Source: the human T2T-CHM13v2.0 reference genome, Homo sapiens
Length of the DNA: 64,000 nt
Direction: 5' to 3' (one strand)
Assembly (NCBI RefSeq): GCF_009914755.1
Contig: NC_060925.1
The notes beneath the pieces were generated by a model, which searched no databases, was not told the DNA's origin, and was given only the letters and a program-made list of their open reading frames with translations. Every line of letters starts with the position of its first letter. Positions within the stretch are counted from its first letter, which is position 1. The position numbers were made by a program, and so were the translations under genes. Of the stretch, positions 46,761 through 62,279 are shown one piece after another.

Positions 46761-47626
46761 ACCTCATATATGCCAAAGTCTGTTTTAGATACTGGGGATA
46801 CATCAGTTTAAATCAGATGATCTCTTCCTTTGTGGTGTTTACGTAAAATTCCAACAAGATCCAAATTCCTTCCCTTTTTCCTTTACCCACAATTTGGCCA
46901 TTAGGTAAGACAGAGCAAGCTAGGGATTCATGTGGATTTGCAGCCTGTGAGTGTGGGTGGTATCCTTGTGGGAACTGGGGATGTAGCTTGGTACAAGGAG
47001 TCAGATCCCAAGTGGCGTGGGGAATGCATCTATGCAGGGGATGAATGGCAATGGCAGATTAGTTAGGGATAAGGGATTTGATCACTGTACGTGAAAATAT
47101 TAAGGGTAGCGGAAGCCAGCTGTCTCATTTTGGAGGAAGGTGTTACACATTGGAAAGGGAAAACACTAGAATGAACTCTGCTGTTGGGTTTGAATAGGAG
47201 ATGATAGTGTGAAGTCATAAATATCAACCTAGTTAAAGAAATACAGATGTCAATGTACGTGTGTGTGTGTGTACAAACACTCCCTAGCTCTCTCTACTAA
47301 GCAAGCCTTGGAGCAGCAGTTCCCCTCTTCCCCCAGTGCACATACCTGACCTCGAGGTCTAGGCACTACATTCTCCACCGAAAGAAGCCAGGACTCGTTG
47401 GAGAGATGACTGATTCCATGGCAGAGCAAAAAAAAGTACAAGATAAACCAGAAAGCAAGGAAGGCCTTAAAAAAGGATACATAAGCCAGCTGTAAGGGAT
47501 TTACATGGGGTAAATCTGAGACAACCTGAGCATCAGCATAGTAATGATTTGTAATCCATTGAACAAAATAGAAAACTATGACTCTGCTAATAGAAATGAA
47601 TGAGTAAGTAAACAGAAGTTTAATGA

Positions 47627-47999
<373 letters not shown>

Positions 48000-48118
48000 T
48001 AAAATAATGGGGAAAAGAGTAGCTTCACAGTAGTGAAGTCTGGCTGGCAGACCACCTTAATCAATGGAAAGAAACGAACTTCAGTAATGGGACAAATCTA
48101 GATCTTCACAAGATCTAG

Positions 48119-48483
<365 letters not shown>

Positions 48484-49138
48484 CTATGACAAATCCACAT
48501 TGAAGGACACTTTACAAAAGGACTGGCCTATAATATTCTAAAGTATCAAAGTCAAAGAATGACTGAAGAACTGCAGGAGACTAATACAACAACTAAATGC
48601 TATCCTGAACTTGTTCATTTTGCTATATAAAGATACAAAGGACCTTATTGGGACAGCTGGTAAAACTTGAAAGGGCTTGGAGGATGAGACGATAGTAATA
48701 TCTGTTAATTTCCAAATGTTAATGGCTGAACTGTGGTTATAGAGAATGCTTGTTTGTAGGAAATCAACACTAAAGTATTAGAAGTGATGGGTTATCAAGT
48801 CAACAATTCACTTTCAGATGGGTCCGGAAAAAAATTATTTGTAATATACTTGCTACTTTTTTGTTAGTTTGATTATTTCAAAGTTAAAATTTTGTTCAAT
48901 GAGAATTTGAAGATAAAAAAGTCAGACCAGCTTGATCAAGAAAATTTTAAAAATCAATTGTGCTCTATTTAGGGACATCTTAGACCAAAAATAAAGGTGA
49001 AGCCTTTTGGATTAGTAAAGGAGAATAAAAATCAACAGAAAAACAGTATTTCACATGTCTATACAAAAAAAGTATTTCATTGACAATACGTCACAACTAA
49101 AGTAATACACAGACCTGGGGGTTCGACAAGAAAGTGGA

Positions 49139-49430
49139 GGCCGGTACAGTGGCTTTCTCCTGTAATCCCAGCATGTTGTGAGGCCAGGGTGGGAGGGCTG
49201 GTTGAGCTCAGGAGTTTGAGACCAGCCTACACAACATTAGTGAGACTCATTTAAAAAATTAGCCGGGTGTGGTGCTGCACGCCTGTAGTCCCAGCTACTT
49301 TGAGGGCTCAGGTGGGAAGATTGCTTGAGCCCAGGAAGTCAAGGCTGCAGTGTAACCCTGATCACGCCACTGCATTCCAGCCTGGGTGGAAGAGTGAGAC
49401 CCTGTCTCAAAAAAAAAAAAAAAAAAAAAA
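49139..49430 (+). mobile_element. AluJ
   Basis: Diverged dimeric Alu with polyA tail. Confidence 0.88.
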
Positions 49431-49620
49431 GTGACGAGTGGGGTTGCAAGAAACTACTCCAGAGTGTTCCTTGGTTATGGATACTGAACAAAGTCTTCCC
49501 CACCAAATAACTTCTGAATTCAGGACATTTCTAGAGAAATTTGTAAATTTTGAAAGAACGTAAAAGAAGAATTAACGTCGGTACTTCTCTGCTAACTGGG
49601 TATGAAACACTGGGTTAGAG

Positions 49621-49946
49621 CAATGGTTGGCAAAATTATAGCTCTCCCACCAGCCAAACCAGCCTACCGCTTGTGTTTGTGTAGTTCACAAGCTAAGAAT
49701 GGTTTTTACATTTTTAAACAGTTGGAAAAAAAATCACCAATATTGTGTGACATGTGAAAATTATATAAAATTCAAATTTTAGTGTCCAAAAATGGAACTT
49801 TTATACACAGCCCCACTCATTGATTTATGAAATGTCTATGGCTACTTTCATGCCACAGTGGTAGAGTTGAATAGGTGCAAACAAATGGCCTACAAAACCC
49901 AAAATGCTTACTATCTGGCCTTTTACAGAAAGTTTGCTGATCCCAG
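49621..49946. mobile_element. MER58B-like hAT-Charlie element
   Basis: GGTTGGCAAA...GCTAAGAATGGTTTTTACATTTTTAAA...CTATCTGGCCTTTTACAGAAAGTTTGCTGATCCC. Confidence 0.75.
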
Positions 49947-50353
49947 GTATAAAGGTTGTGTCAAGTATGAAGGGAAAGATGTATCAGAATGTGTCTGATT
50001 TGCAGTCTGTTAGGTAAGAAGAGGGATCTCTGTGTGAGAGCAGAAACAGAGAATGAACATATTAGAAAGAAAAGGATATCAAAGAGTTTTCCAGTCTAGG
50101 TTGCAGATGCTAAATTCACCTGCATCCTGGCCAGGATTCACTTTAGGATTAGGAAATCTCAGCAAACTGATAAAGCAACTCAGATAGTGCTTGGGAAGGT
50201 AATTGTTATTGCAATTTAGAATATGTACTTGAGTAATCAATTTAAACTTGCAATTTTAAGTTGCAACCAATTTTACATACAGTATTGGAAATTTATATTA
50301 TGTATTGGAAACATATAAGTACACAGTATCAGAACTTTTAAGAATAGTATTTT

Positions 50354-50677
<324 letters not shown>

Positions 50678-50842
50678 AAGAATAGTATTTTGTTTGCTTT
50701 TATTTTGTTTGTATTTTGTGCCAGACAATTGAAGTAATCCCAAAAGGTAACTTAATATATTAAATGTATAAACATATTTGAAAGGGTTTAAAGGAGTTTA
50801 AGTTTTTAAGTGGGGTATTCAAAACCCCTTAGAAGTCATTAA

Positions 50843-51181
<339 letters not shown>

Positions 51182-51251
51182 TATAAGCTGAACTTTGAAA
51201 AGCTTAAGTAATGTTTTTGTTACTTTAATATATTGAATATTAATTTATTAA

Positions 51252-51784
<533 letters not shown>

Positions 51785-51886
51785 TCCAGAAGGAATTGTC
51801 CTGGGTTGTGGCCCTGAGGGTACTTGTCTTTGATCCAGGCCTTTCTTCCTCATCTGGCTGTCTTGTGGCGTAGCTCTCCACTACAA

Positions 51887-51900
51887 CCACCAGATGGCGC
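51887..51900 (+). promoter_or_regulatory. Candidate CTCF site
   Basis: CCACCAGATGGCGC, near-consensus core. Confidence 0.6.
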
Positions 51901-52064
51901 GTTTTCTCATGTGATCTGGTTGTCAGGGTCTCTTGCCAACAAAGGATAATAAAATACAGGTCTGGAATTCTTTCTCTGAATCTCCTATGTTTTGAAATTG
52001 AGAATTTCCCAGGTGTTTAGGAAATAGTTAAAGACACAGTATATTACATAATACTTTGACTTAA

Positions 52065-52366
<302 letters not shown>

Positions 52367-52893
52367 TGACTTAGTCTTTTGACTAATTCATGTTTATATA
52401 AGAAAGCTGAGATTTTATAAGTTAATCTGACCTGAGACAGAGTGAAGCTGGCTGGTCCCTTTGGAAGACAGAATTAACTATTAGTTATCTGCCCTATTAG
52501 TTAATTAACCAAAACATTATTAATATTATCCTCTTCTCATAACCATTAATGGAGAGAACTCCATGTGACACAGTAACTAGAGGGTAAGACTGGACCCACA
52601 GATGTTTTATATGCTATACAGATTACTTTAATACTGAGCATTTCAGTGACCAGCAATGTATTTACAGTCCAGGGCTAGGATGGAAATTGCTAGAAACAGG
52701 CTCACTCTGCATCCCAGCATATACTTAGGTATCAATGAATGTGAAACATCTTACCCAGTACCTGACACCCTGTAGGCACAGAATACATGCCAGTTTCCTT
52801 CTACAGAGCCCAACTGGAGCAGCCACTATGTTCTTGCAACTCCTGCAATACTAGAATGGCTCAAATAGGAAATTTCTTCCTCCAGTCTCTTGA

Positions 52894-53764
<871 letters not shown>

Positions 53765-54019
53765 AAAATACAGGTGGGATTATTCTCATTTTACAGATGG
53801 GGAAGGAAAAAAAAAAGAGAAGTGCATGAAGACACTTCTACAGCTTCTACTCTCTACTGGATTGTGCTTTTCGCAAAGTTTCCTAGCAAGTTAGAGTAGT
53901 GAGCTCTCCAGCTGTGCTTCTGCTCCTTCACATTTGGGATTCTTTTTCCTTCTAGATCTGTATATTCTGTCTTATGCATGCCCCATTCCATTAGTTAGCC
54001 ATTTTTCTTTTTCAAAAAT

Positions 54020-54166
54020 TTTTTTAATTTGATTTTTTTTTTTTTTTTTAGAGATAGGGTCTCGCTCTGTTGCCCAGGCTGGTCTCAAATTCCTGGGCTC
54101 AAACGATCCTCCCACCTCAACTTCCCAAAGTGCTGAGATTACAGGCATGAGCCACGGTGCCTGGCC
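54020..54166 (-). mobile_element. Alu monomer (FLAM_C-like)
   Basis: Antisense left arm; TSD AGTTAGCCATTTT. Confidence 0.87.
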
Positions 54167-55410
54167 CCTCAAAGTTAGCCATTTTCTTATTGGCTATTTT
54201 TCAAATTAGGTTGATCCCAACTTTACACTATTGAAAACACCATTGCCTGAATATTATCATACACCTATCTTTATCTAAATCTGATTATTTCCTTAGAATC
54301 TATTACTAGAAGTGGAATTATGGAACCAAAACCCTCCCTGTTCTAAATTTAGCTGAAAAATGTTTTTCCCCAGGTGATACAGCTTATGATAGGCACAGGA
54401 AGATAGGTAGGAGGAAATAGCAGTGTGGTGGTTTTGGATTAATTTATTAATTTACAACAAAGACTTTTTAAGCACCTACTAGGTTGGACCTCAGGGGAAA
54501 TCACTGGAGAGTTGTATCACAGGGACTTTCTGGACTTGAGCCTGGGGTGTAAAGCAGGCAATATGTAAAGCTGGAGAGACAAAGATGGATAAAATGCCTT
54601 TAAGGATTTCACAGTATAACAACAGATAATAGTAAGAGTTATTATTACGCAACACTTCTAAGATGTCTGATGAGTATCTCAAACTTGATGTGTCCAAAAC
54701 TGAAGTCTTGATCTTTCCTCTAAACCTGTTTTTCTTACTCTCGAGCTTACTTATTTATGAAAGTGATACAGCCATCCACTCAGTTGCCCAAACCTAGATC
54801 AAGGGGGTCATTGTTTATTTCCCCTACCCAGCTGATAAGATTCCAGCAAATCCTGTCCCCCTACCTACACAATATAGAAATATCAACCCAATGCTCCACT
54901 CTGGTACAAGCACCATCATCTCCATCTACATGGTCCCCTAACATGTCTTGCCTTATCCACTCTTGCAACTCTCCAATCCCTTCTCCAAAAGCAGCCAGAT
55001 TGAACTTGTAAACATCACACCATAACATCTCCCTGGTTAACACCCTCGAATGGTTTTCCATTTCACTTAGAATAAAATTCAAACTCCTTCCCACTACCTT
55101 CAAGGCCCTGCATTCTTCTGGTCCCTGCATTATCATTATATGGCTCTATCAATTACTATCCCTCCCTTGGCTCACTCAATTCCAGACACTAACATCAGGG
55201 CTTTTGCATTTAGCTGTTTCATCTGTCTGTGTGCCCTTCCTGGAACTTTGCAGGGCTTCTCCTCACTTCTTTCAGAACTCATCTAAAATCACACCCTCAG
55301 GCCTGCCTTCCTTGGGCAGCATGCTTATATTATAGCCACATTCTCCGCCTCCACCAACCCCTGCCCCCCGCCCCACTGCCACCTTTTAACCTCTCAATTT
55401 TTGTTACTTC

Positions 55411-56222
55411 TGACAAAGATTCTCTTCTTTGGCCAAAACTCTAGTCAGGCTCCTGTGAGTCCTCTGCCTACTAGGACTAACCGTTTGGGCTTCCTTTCTG
55501 TCCTTGTTGAATCCAGTTTGTGCAGGGACTCTCCACTCTTGGCGTCTTAATCCATTTTTTGTTGCTATAACAGAATACAAAACACTGGGTAATTCATAAA
55601 GGAAAGAAAGTTATTTTTTGCAGTTCTGGAGTCTGGGGAGCCCAAAGTCGAGGGGTTGCATTTGGTGAGGGCTTTCTTAAACTGCATGGTAGAGAGCCTC
55701 TCACGGTGAGAAAGCAAGAGCATGTGTGCCAGCTCAGATCACTCTTCCTCTTCTTATAAAGCCACCAGTCCCATCACAGGGGCCCTACCCTGACGATTTT
55801 ATCTAATCCTAATCACCCCCTCAAGGCTCCACCTCCAAATACCATCAACATATGAACTTTAGGATTGAGTTTCCAACGTATGGAATTTGGGGGACACAGT
55901 CAAACCATAGCACTCGGTATCTGACCACCCTCAACATCTTAGCACCCTGTCCTGCTTTCAGCAATAATCCTGTTAGGTCAGTTTAGCAAGAAACTTCTTA
56001 TCCTTGATGTTTCTCTTAGTAGTTTTCCGTCCACTGACCCTCATCCTGCTCTTTGGTTATAAATCCCCACTATATCTTGTTGGAGTCAGAGTTGAGTCTA
56101 ATTCCTCTTCTTCACTGCAAGATCTGGTTGTAGTGGTCCCTGTAACTATCACCATGGGCTCTCTTACATAAAATCTGCCTTACCATCTTTAATTAGTGCC
56201 ATGAACAAATTTTCCTTTAACA
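55411..56222 (+). mobile_element. MER31-like ERV1 solo LTR, split by an MST insertion
   Basis: TGACAAAGATTCTCT...CAAAACTCTAGTCAGGCTCCT...TTTCCTTTAACA; TATAAA 56058-56063; flanks CTTC/CTTT. Confidence 0.72.
55543..55912 (-). mobile_element. MaLR MST-type solo LTR
   Basis: GTCTTAATCCATTTT..TGTTGCTATAACAGAATAC...GGGGGACACAGTCAAACCATAGCA; 5-bp flanks CTTGG/CTCGG. Confidence 0.8.
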
Positions 56223-56619
56223 CTTTTCAGCATTTATTTCTCTATATTTGTCTATTGTTTGTCTGACCCACCAAGCACTGTTATGTACCGTGACTGCAGA
56301 CACTTGTTCCTCATTTTATCCCACTGCTTGGTGCACAGGAGACATTTATTAAATGTTTGTTGAATGAATGAATGACAAGCACTTGTCACAACGGTAACTC
56401 TGTGAAGACTAGGATCCTATCCATTTTGTTCATTACAAAATTCCGCCTAAGCCTTGAACAAGGCTATGAGTTATAAGTGCAAAGCGATTTAGAGGAAGGA
56501 GGGGTAACTAAACTGACTGAAGAAGCTAAGGGAAGCCTCACAGATAAAATTACATCTAAACTGAAACTGAAAGGAAGGTGGAAAACTAAAAAGATCAACA
56601 AGGGAAGGACTGCAGACAG

Positions 56620-57460
56620 AATATCGCGAGGTATTGGTCAGCCAAGATGGCTTCTAACACTGGCCGCCACACTTAATATGGCGGCCAGGGAAATTTCCTG
56701 GAGAAAATCACGCGAGAGTTGCATCACGGCGGCTGTGCGCGAGTTAAGCTGGGGGTGTGGAGCAGCCAAGATGGAGCCGGCAGTCGGCGGTCCGGGCCCA
56801 CTGATCGTGAACAACAAACAGCCCCAGCCCCCGCCACCTCCGCCGCCGGCAGCCGCACAGCCACCACCCGGGGCACCGCGGGCCGCCGCGGGCCTCCTGC
56901 CTGGGGGCAAAGCCCGCGAGTTCAACCGCAACCAGCGCAAAGACTCAGAGGTCAGGAGCTTCGGGGGGCGAGGCTCGCACCGGGTCGGGCGGCGCCGGGG
57001 GTCCCGGGCCCGGGGCCACTCTAGGGGCCAGGTTGGGCTTCCCGGAGGGCTCGGTAGAGTCCGGCCGAGAACTGTCACTATACAGCGAAAGGAGCAGGAA
57101 GCGAGGCTGGCAGCTCCTGGGGTCTGGAGCATGAGTCCTTGCTCTAGCTCCGCCGCCCGGGAGAGCTTCCCGTGGCCGGCGACTGCTGGTTTGCTCCCCT
57201 GGGCCCCGACTGTGGGCGTGGCCTCGAGGCCCTAGCCCCTGGGGAAGCCGCTCTCGCCCCAGCTCGGGGGTGAGGAGTCGGGGGTCTTGGTGCACTCCAG
57301 GGCGCTGGGCTGCCGCGCCCCCAACCTAATCATCTCGGGCGTCTGTCCCTGGCACGCGGGCTCCAGCTCCTGGGTCCTGCCGCTCGCAGAGGAAGGCGCG
57401 TGTGGGCAGGGAAGGCGCCGGCGAGGATCTGGAAGGAACTTAGAGCCGGACCGAGCTAAT
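56620..57460. promoter_or_regulatory. STRIP1: CpG island / STRIP1 promoter
   Basis: CpG-dense; TATCGCGAG 56622-56630 (BANP/ZBTB33-like), inverted CCAAT 56633-56637, YY1-type CAAGATGGC 56643-56651 and AATATGGCGGC 56675-56685, GGAAATTTCC 56689-56698. Confidence 0.88.
56771..56950 (+). CDS. STRIP1: STRIP1 exon 1 coding (aa 1-60, Pro-rich)
   Basis: Strong Kozak AAGATGG; MEPAVGGPGPLIVNNKQPQPPPPPPP...REFNRNQRKDSE; GAG|GTCAGG. Confidence 0.94.
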
Positions 57461-58303
57461 TATCATTGAGAGTAGAGTAGGAGGGGGAAACATGTCCTGT
57501 TCTTCTGACCTGAGCCAGATCAGGCCATGGGTTAACAGTACCTGTGGTGGGCTATTGTGCCCAGTGCGCCTGATACTGAACTGTTAAAGATGAGAAATAG
57601 ACATTTTAAGCATGCGTTAGGACCCAACATTCCTTCCTGTCTCGCTAGTGAGCCGTTCCTGCCGTTCTGGAGATGGCATAGTCTGGAACTGACTAGTAAC
57701 CTCACCCCAAGTTAAGGAATTCCTCCCACTGCCTCCTTTTGCAGAATTCATGAATGAAGATACTCATGTCGCGGAGTTTTAGGGCTTCTTAATGAGCAGG
57801 TTCCCAGAGCACTTACTATGCCATCTCCTAGATTGATCAGCAGCCAAACTGATCAGCCAAGTTAATGAGAGGGAATTCCTAGTTGTCCAAGCATAATGTA
57901 CCAATTCATACCAAAGAGCAATGATACTACCTTTAGACCTGTGGAATCAGTTCCTCAGAAGCTTTTATTTTTTGTTAGCAAGGCTAAACCCCTGAGAAAA
58001 CATGTCAACAATTGGCAAGCCCGAAGTAGACGTAATTTGAGCTTGGAGTGAATTATTTGAAAAAAACAAAAACACTGACCATTTAGGAGCCCTGGCATGG
58101 TGGGATGACGGACATCAGTGTTAACTACTCAGTTTTTCAAGTGGAAGATTACGAAAGTGCAGGGGGGTGAACCTACCTTCATCATGAGAGGAGTTATCAT
58201 TTTGAAAAATGGTTTAAAATTTTCCAGAGTAGCTACGAATGGTCAAATAGATACCCTCTGACGAATTGTAATTTCTCTTTGTACCCTTTAATTTCCACAT
58301 AGA

Positions 58304-58601
58304 GGCCGGGTGCAGTGGCTCACGCCTGTAATCCCAGCACTTGGGGAGGCCGAGGCGGGCGGATCACCTGAGGTCAGGAGTTCCTGTCCAGCCTGGCCAA
58401 TGTGATCAAACCCTGTCTCTACTAAAAATACAAAAATTAGCCGGGCGTGGTGGCTGGTGCCTGTAATCCCAGCTACTCAGGAGCCTGAGACAGGAGAATT
58501 GCTTGAACCTGGGAGGTGGAGATTTGCAGTGAGCCGAGATTGCACCATTGCACTCCAGCCTGGGTGACAAGAGCGAAACTCTCCCCGTCTCAAAAAAAAA
58601 A
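58304..58601 (+). mobile_element. AluS (Sp/Sq-like)
   Basis: Full Alu; TSD AATTTCC(A/T)CATAGA. Confidence 0.94.
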
Positions 58602-58867
58602 ATTTCCTCATAGACTCATTACATGAAAGACCAGTCAAATGGACACATTTAAGCAGAGACCTGTCTAAATCCATTTCTTTATAGAGAGGCTGATGCCATG
58701 ATCTTTCTTTAGTCATAGCTGAAATCGGTAGTTTGGGAGCCTGATCAGTGAATGCCTGGAGGACAGGGAGGCTCACATTTGATGAGAGCCCACTATGTAC
58801 TACATAATTTTGATTAGTCCTTAAAAATCTTCAAAGTAGATTTTCATCATTGCCATTCAATGAATGA

Positions 58868-59322
<455 letters not shown>

Positions 59323-60023
59323 TAATTAAACCTAAGGACTTTACCTATTTGTTTCTCACTTCTCTCTTCCCAGTACAAGGCTTCCAAGATGGTGTGTTCT
59401 CAGTAATCACCTATTTCCAGCAGGAAAAAGATTGTCTTTGTCACATTTTCTCTTATGTGTGGGAGGGAAGTTGATCTGTTTGGCGGCTGCCTTCTTTGTC
59501 AGTTCTCACTGAAATTTGAGACAAAGGTGGGAAAGCTGAGGGTTTCAATACTCATTTTTGTCCTGAGCTGTTGACAGTCCACTAGCCAGAAAGAAGTTAA
59601 GACTTCTGGAATCATAGCATCATATGGAATGGTCATTTACTGCACAAAATACATAGAAACCTTGTATTTATTCATTTAACAAATATGTGTGTATAGACCA
59701 TTCATTCATTCACTTATTCATGCCAGGTACCATGCTGGACCTTGTGAAATCATTGGTAAGTTAAATGGATGATGTTCTTGTTCTCAGGGAACTTACAGTC
59801 TTGTGGAAAGGCAGACAGTAAACACATCCTATAATGATAAGTTATGATAAATGCTCTGAAGGAAAAGTATAGGATACTCTGAGAGGTTTTAGGAAACAAA
59901 ATGTGAAAAAACATAAAAAAGTGGAGGCAGTGGTGTCCTGTAACACAACAGCATCTCGAAGCATGAGTTTCTTTGATAAATAGAATGATCCTTTTTCCTA
60001 AAGCTCTCTCCTCTTGTCAGCAG

Positions 60024-60093
60024 GGCTATTCGGAGTCACCAGACCTGGAGTTTGAGTATGCTGACACAGACAAGTGGGCTGCAGAGCTCTCGG
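60024..60093 (+). CDS. STRIP1: STRIP1 exon 2
   Basis: gtcagcag|GGC; GYSESPDLEFEYADTDKWAAELS; CGG|GTAACG. Confidence 0.93.
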
Positions 60094-60201
60094 GTAACGC
60101 ACAGACCTTTGTGTTATTTGGGGGTGGTTTTTTCCTTATTGGTCTTTAATAAAATTAATAATGAATATCATTTAGGGCTTCATTGCTTTCCCTAGTTCTA
60201 T

Positions 60202-60204
<3 letters not shown>

Positions 60205-60240
<36 letters not shown>
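60205..60240. repeat. (AT)18 microsatellite in STRIP1 intron 2
   Basis: Uninterrupted AT dinucleotide run. Confidence 0.97.
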
Positions 60241-60244
<4 letters not shown>

Positions 60245-60809
60245 AAAACATGTTATTTGATTCAAGCCTTGTGTATCTTATAACTTTGTGTTGTCCTTTA
60301 CTTTTATGAAGCTGGCTAGAGCCCAGTCCCATTGTGAGACAGTGATGTTCCTTGGCTATCCACTGTGACCCTGACAGTGGTCTCTCCTCCAGCAATGGGT
60401 CATGAGGGATGCCTGCATCTGTGCCCATCTGCTGCTGCCACTGCCACTCTCATGTAATGCGAGGTCGGTGTGAGCTGCTTCTCCAGCCTCTACAATACAC
60501 ATCCTGCTCAAGAGGTAGCAGCCATTTGAGAGATGCATCCCAGGTGGCCGTCAGCCCTGGCATGGCATGGTGGGATGGATGCACATCGGACTGGAAGTGT
60601 CCAGATGGCATTCTGGCACTCTGGTTGTCTCTATTGTGCACATCAGAGCACTAAGATCCCCTTCATAATTAGAGAGCTTATTCCAGGAGTCACTATGACT
60701 CAGGGGCAGAGTTGAGAGTGGAAGCAAATGCCTTGCCTTCTCTGCACTTGTGAGACCTGGTGTGCAATGCAGACATGGAACCAATGGTGACGAGACTTTG
60801 TTCTGACAG

Positions 60810-60884
60810 AGCTTTACAGCTACACGGAAGGGCCAGAATTCCTGATGAATCGAAAATGCTTTGAGGAGGACTTCCGGATCCATG
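60810..60884 (+). CDS. STRIP1: STRIP1 exon 3
   Basis: tgacag|AG; ELYSYTEGPEFLMNRKCFEEDFRIH; ATG|GTGAGA. Confidence 0.95.
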
Positions 60885-61298
60885 GTGAGATGATTTCCCA
60901 CACTTCTTGCTTCCTTTGCCCTGCATAACGAGAGCTGCAGGTTTCTTTTAGGCATCTGAATGACCTGAGTCATCCTGGAACAGCCTGAGAAGCCTGCTGA
61001 ACCCTGATGGTTCAAAGCCAGATACATGTAGAGTGGGCTTGTGGCACATCGGTGGGGGCTTTTCAGAATGTGCATATTAGGGGAGAAAAAAAAATCATGT
61101 GATTAAAATTGCACCCAAAATACCAGCGTTTCAGTTTGGAATCAAATTCATAGAGCAGCAGTATGATCTTACCACTTACATAGGGTGTAACTTATCTTTC
61201 TGGTCCTATGGCAGTCCTGAATTTGGTGAGTTAACATGGGTCCATGCCATTGTGAGGATTTTTCTAGGCTCAGGTGTAACTGGTTTCTTGCCCTGCAG

Positions 61299-61433
61299 TG
61301 ACAGACAAGAAGTGGACTGAGCTGGATACCAACCAGCACCGGACCCATGCCATGAGGCTCCTGGATGGCTTGGAAGTCACTGCCAGGGAGAAGAGACTCA
61401 AGGTGGCTCGAGCAATTCTCTATGTTGCTCAAG
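61299..61433 (+). CDS. STRIP1: STRIP1 exon 4
   Basis: ctgcag|TG; VTDKKWTELDTNQHRTHAMRLLDGLEVTAREKRLKVARAILYVAQ; AAG|GTATTG. Confidence 0.95.
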
Positions 61434-61521
61434 GTATTGAGTGGACCTCCCCAGGGTTCCCTGGCACCTCTGCCCACTCAGATGCAGGGAGGGGCTCAGT
61501 GAGTTGAACCCTGCATTGCAG

Positions 61522-61642
61522 GCACGTTTGGGGAGTGCAGCTCGGAGGCAGAGGTGCAGTCCTGGATGCGCTACAACATCTTTCTCCTCCTGGAGGTGGG
61601 CACGTTCAATGCTTTGGTGGAGCTTCTGAACATGGAAATAGA
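61522..61642 (+). CDS. STRIP1: STRIP1 exon 5
   Basis: ttgcag|GC; GTFGECSSEAEVQSWMRYNIFLLLEVGTFNALVELLNMEI; AGA|GTGAGC. Confidence 0.95.
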
Positions 61643-62109
61643 GTGAGCATTTTTGAGAGGCTGAGTAGGGAAGGGGAGGCTGGGATGGGAAGGGGGACAG
61701 AGCTTGCAGAACTAACTGGCTTTGAGAGGGTTAAATGGGGCAGAAGTTCTGGTCCCAGGCTGTGTTCTGACCACCTGGGTTGAATAACGGAGTTGGTCAC
61801 TTACACCTTGAAGATTAATGGAGACTAATGACAGGTCCCTGCAGCTCCCTGATGCCAGAGTTTTTACACCAGACAGTGCAGGCCCTGCCCAGGCCTGGGG
61901 TGCTCCTCAGAAGGAGACTCTTCACTTTGAGCTCTCTTTTGAACCTGCAGACACTGCTGTGTTCGCCCTGCAGTTTCCGCCTTGGCAGGAGGCCAGGCAC
62001 AAGACTGACATATGGGCTCAACCAGTGCCTGGCCTTGCCTGTGTCACCTTTGTCCAGTGGACAGGTCAGCTGCTGCTCATCTAAGGATAACACCATCAAT
62101 GATAAAGCT

Positions 62110-62270
62110 AAGACAGCTCATTGAGTGCCTGTGTGTCCCGGGCATTGTTCTCAGAATATTACATGTGCTAATTCATGTTAAGGATATAGGTACTACTGTC
62201 ATCCCCATTTTACAGATGAGGAAACTAAGGCGCAGTTAGAGCCAGGATTCAAACCGTGGCAGTCCAGTGC
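62110..62270. mobile_element. MIR
   Basis: MIR core ATCCCCATTTTACAGATGAGGAAACTAAGGC. Confidence 0.75.
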
Positions 62271-62279
62271 ATGGCTGGG

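Larger units (their letters stand above)
54650..56375 (+). mobile_element. L2 LINE 3' part, interrupted by nested LTRs
   Basis: ATCTCAAACTTGATGTGTCCAAAACTGAA...CTTAGAATAAAATTCAAACTCCTT...; 3' end AAATGTTTGTTGAATGAATGAATG. Confidence 0.75.

Noticed and set aside
56477-57235. 252-aa ORF and antisense ORFs over the STRIP1 CpG island
   Set aside because: Begins at a GTG upstream of the promoter and reads into intron 1; only 56771-56950 is supported
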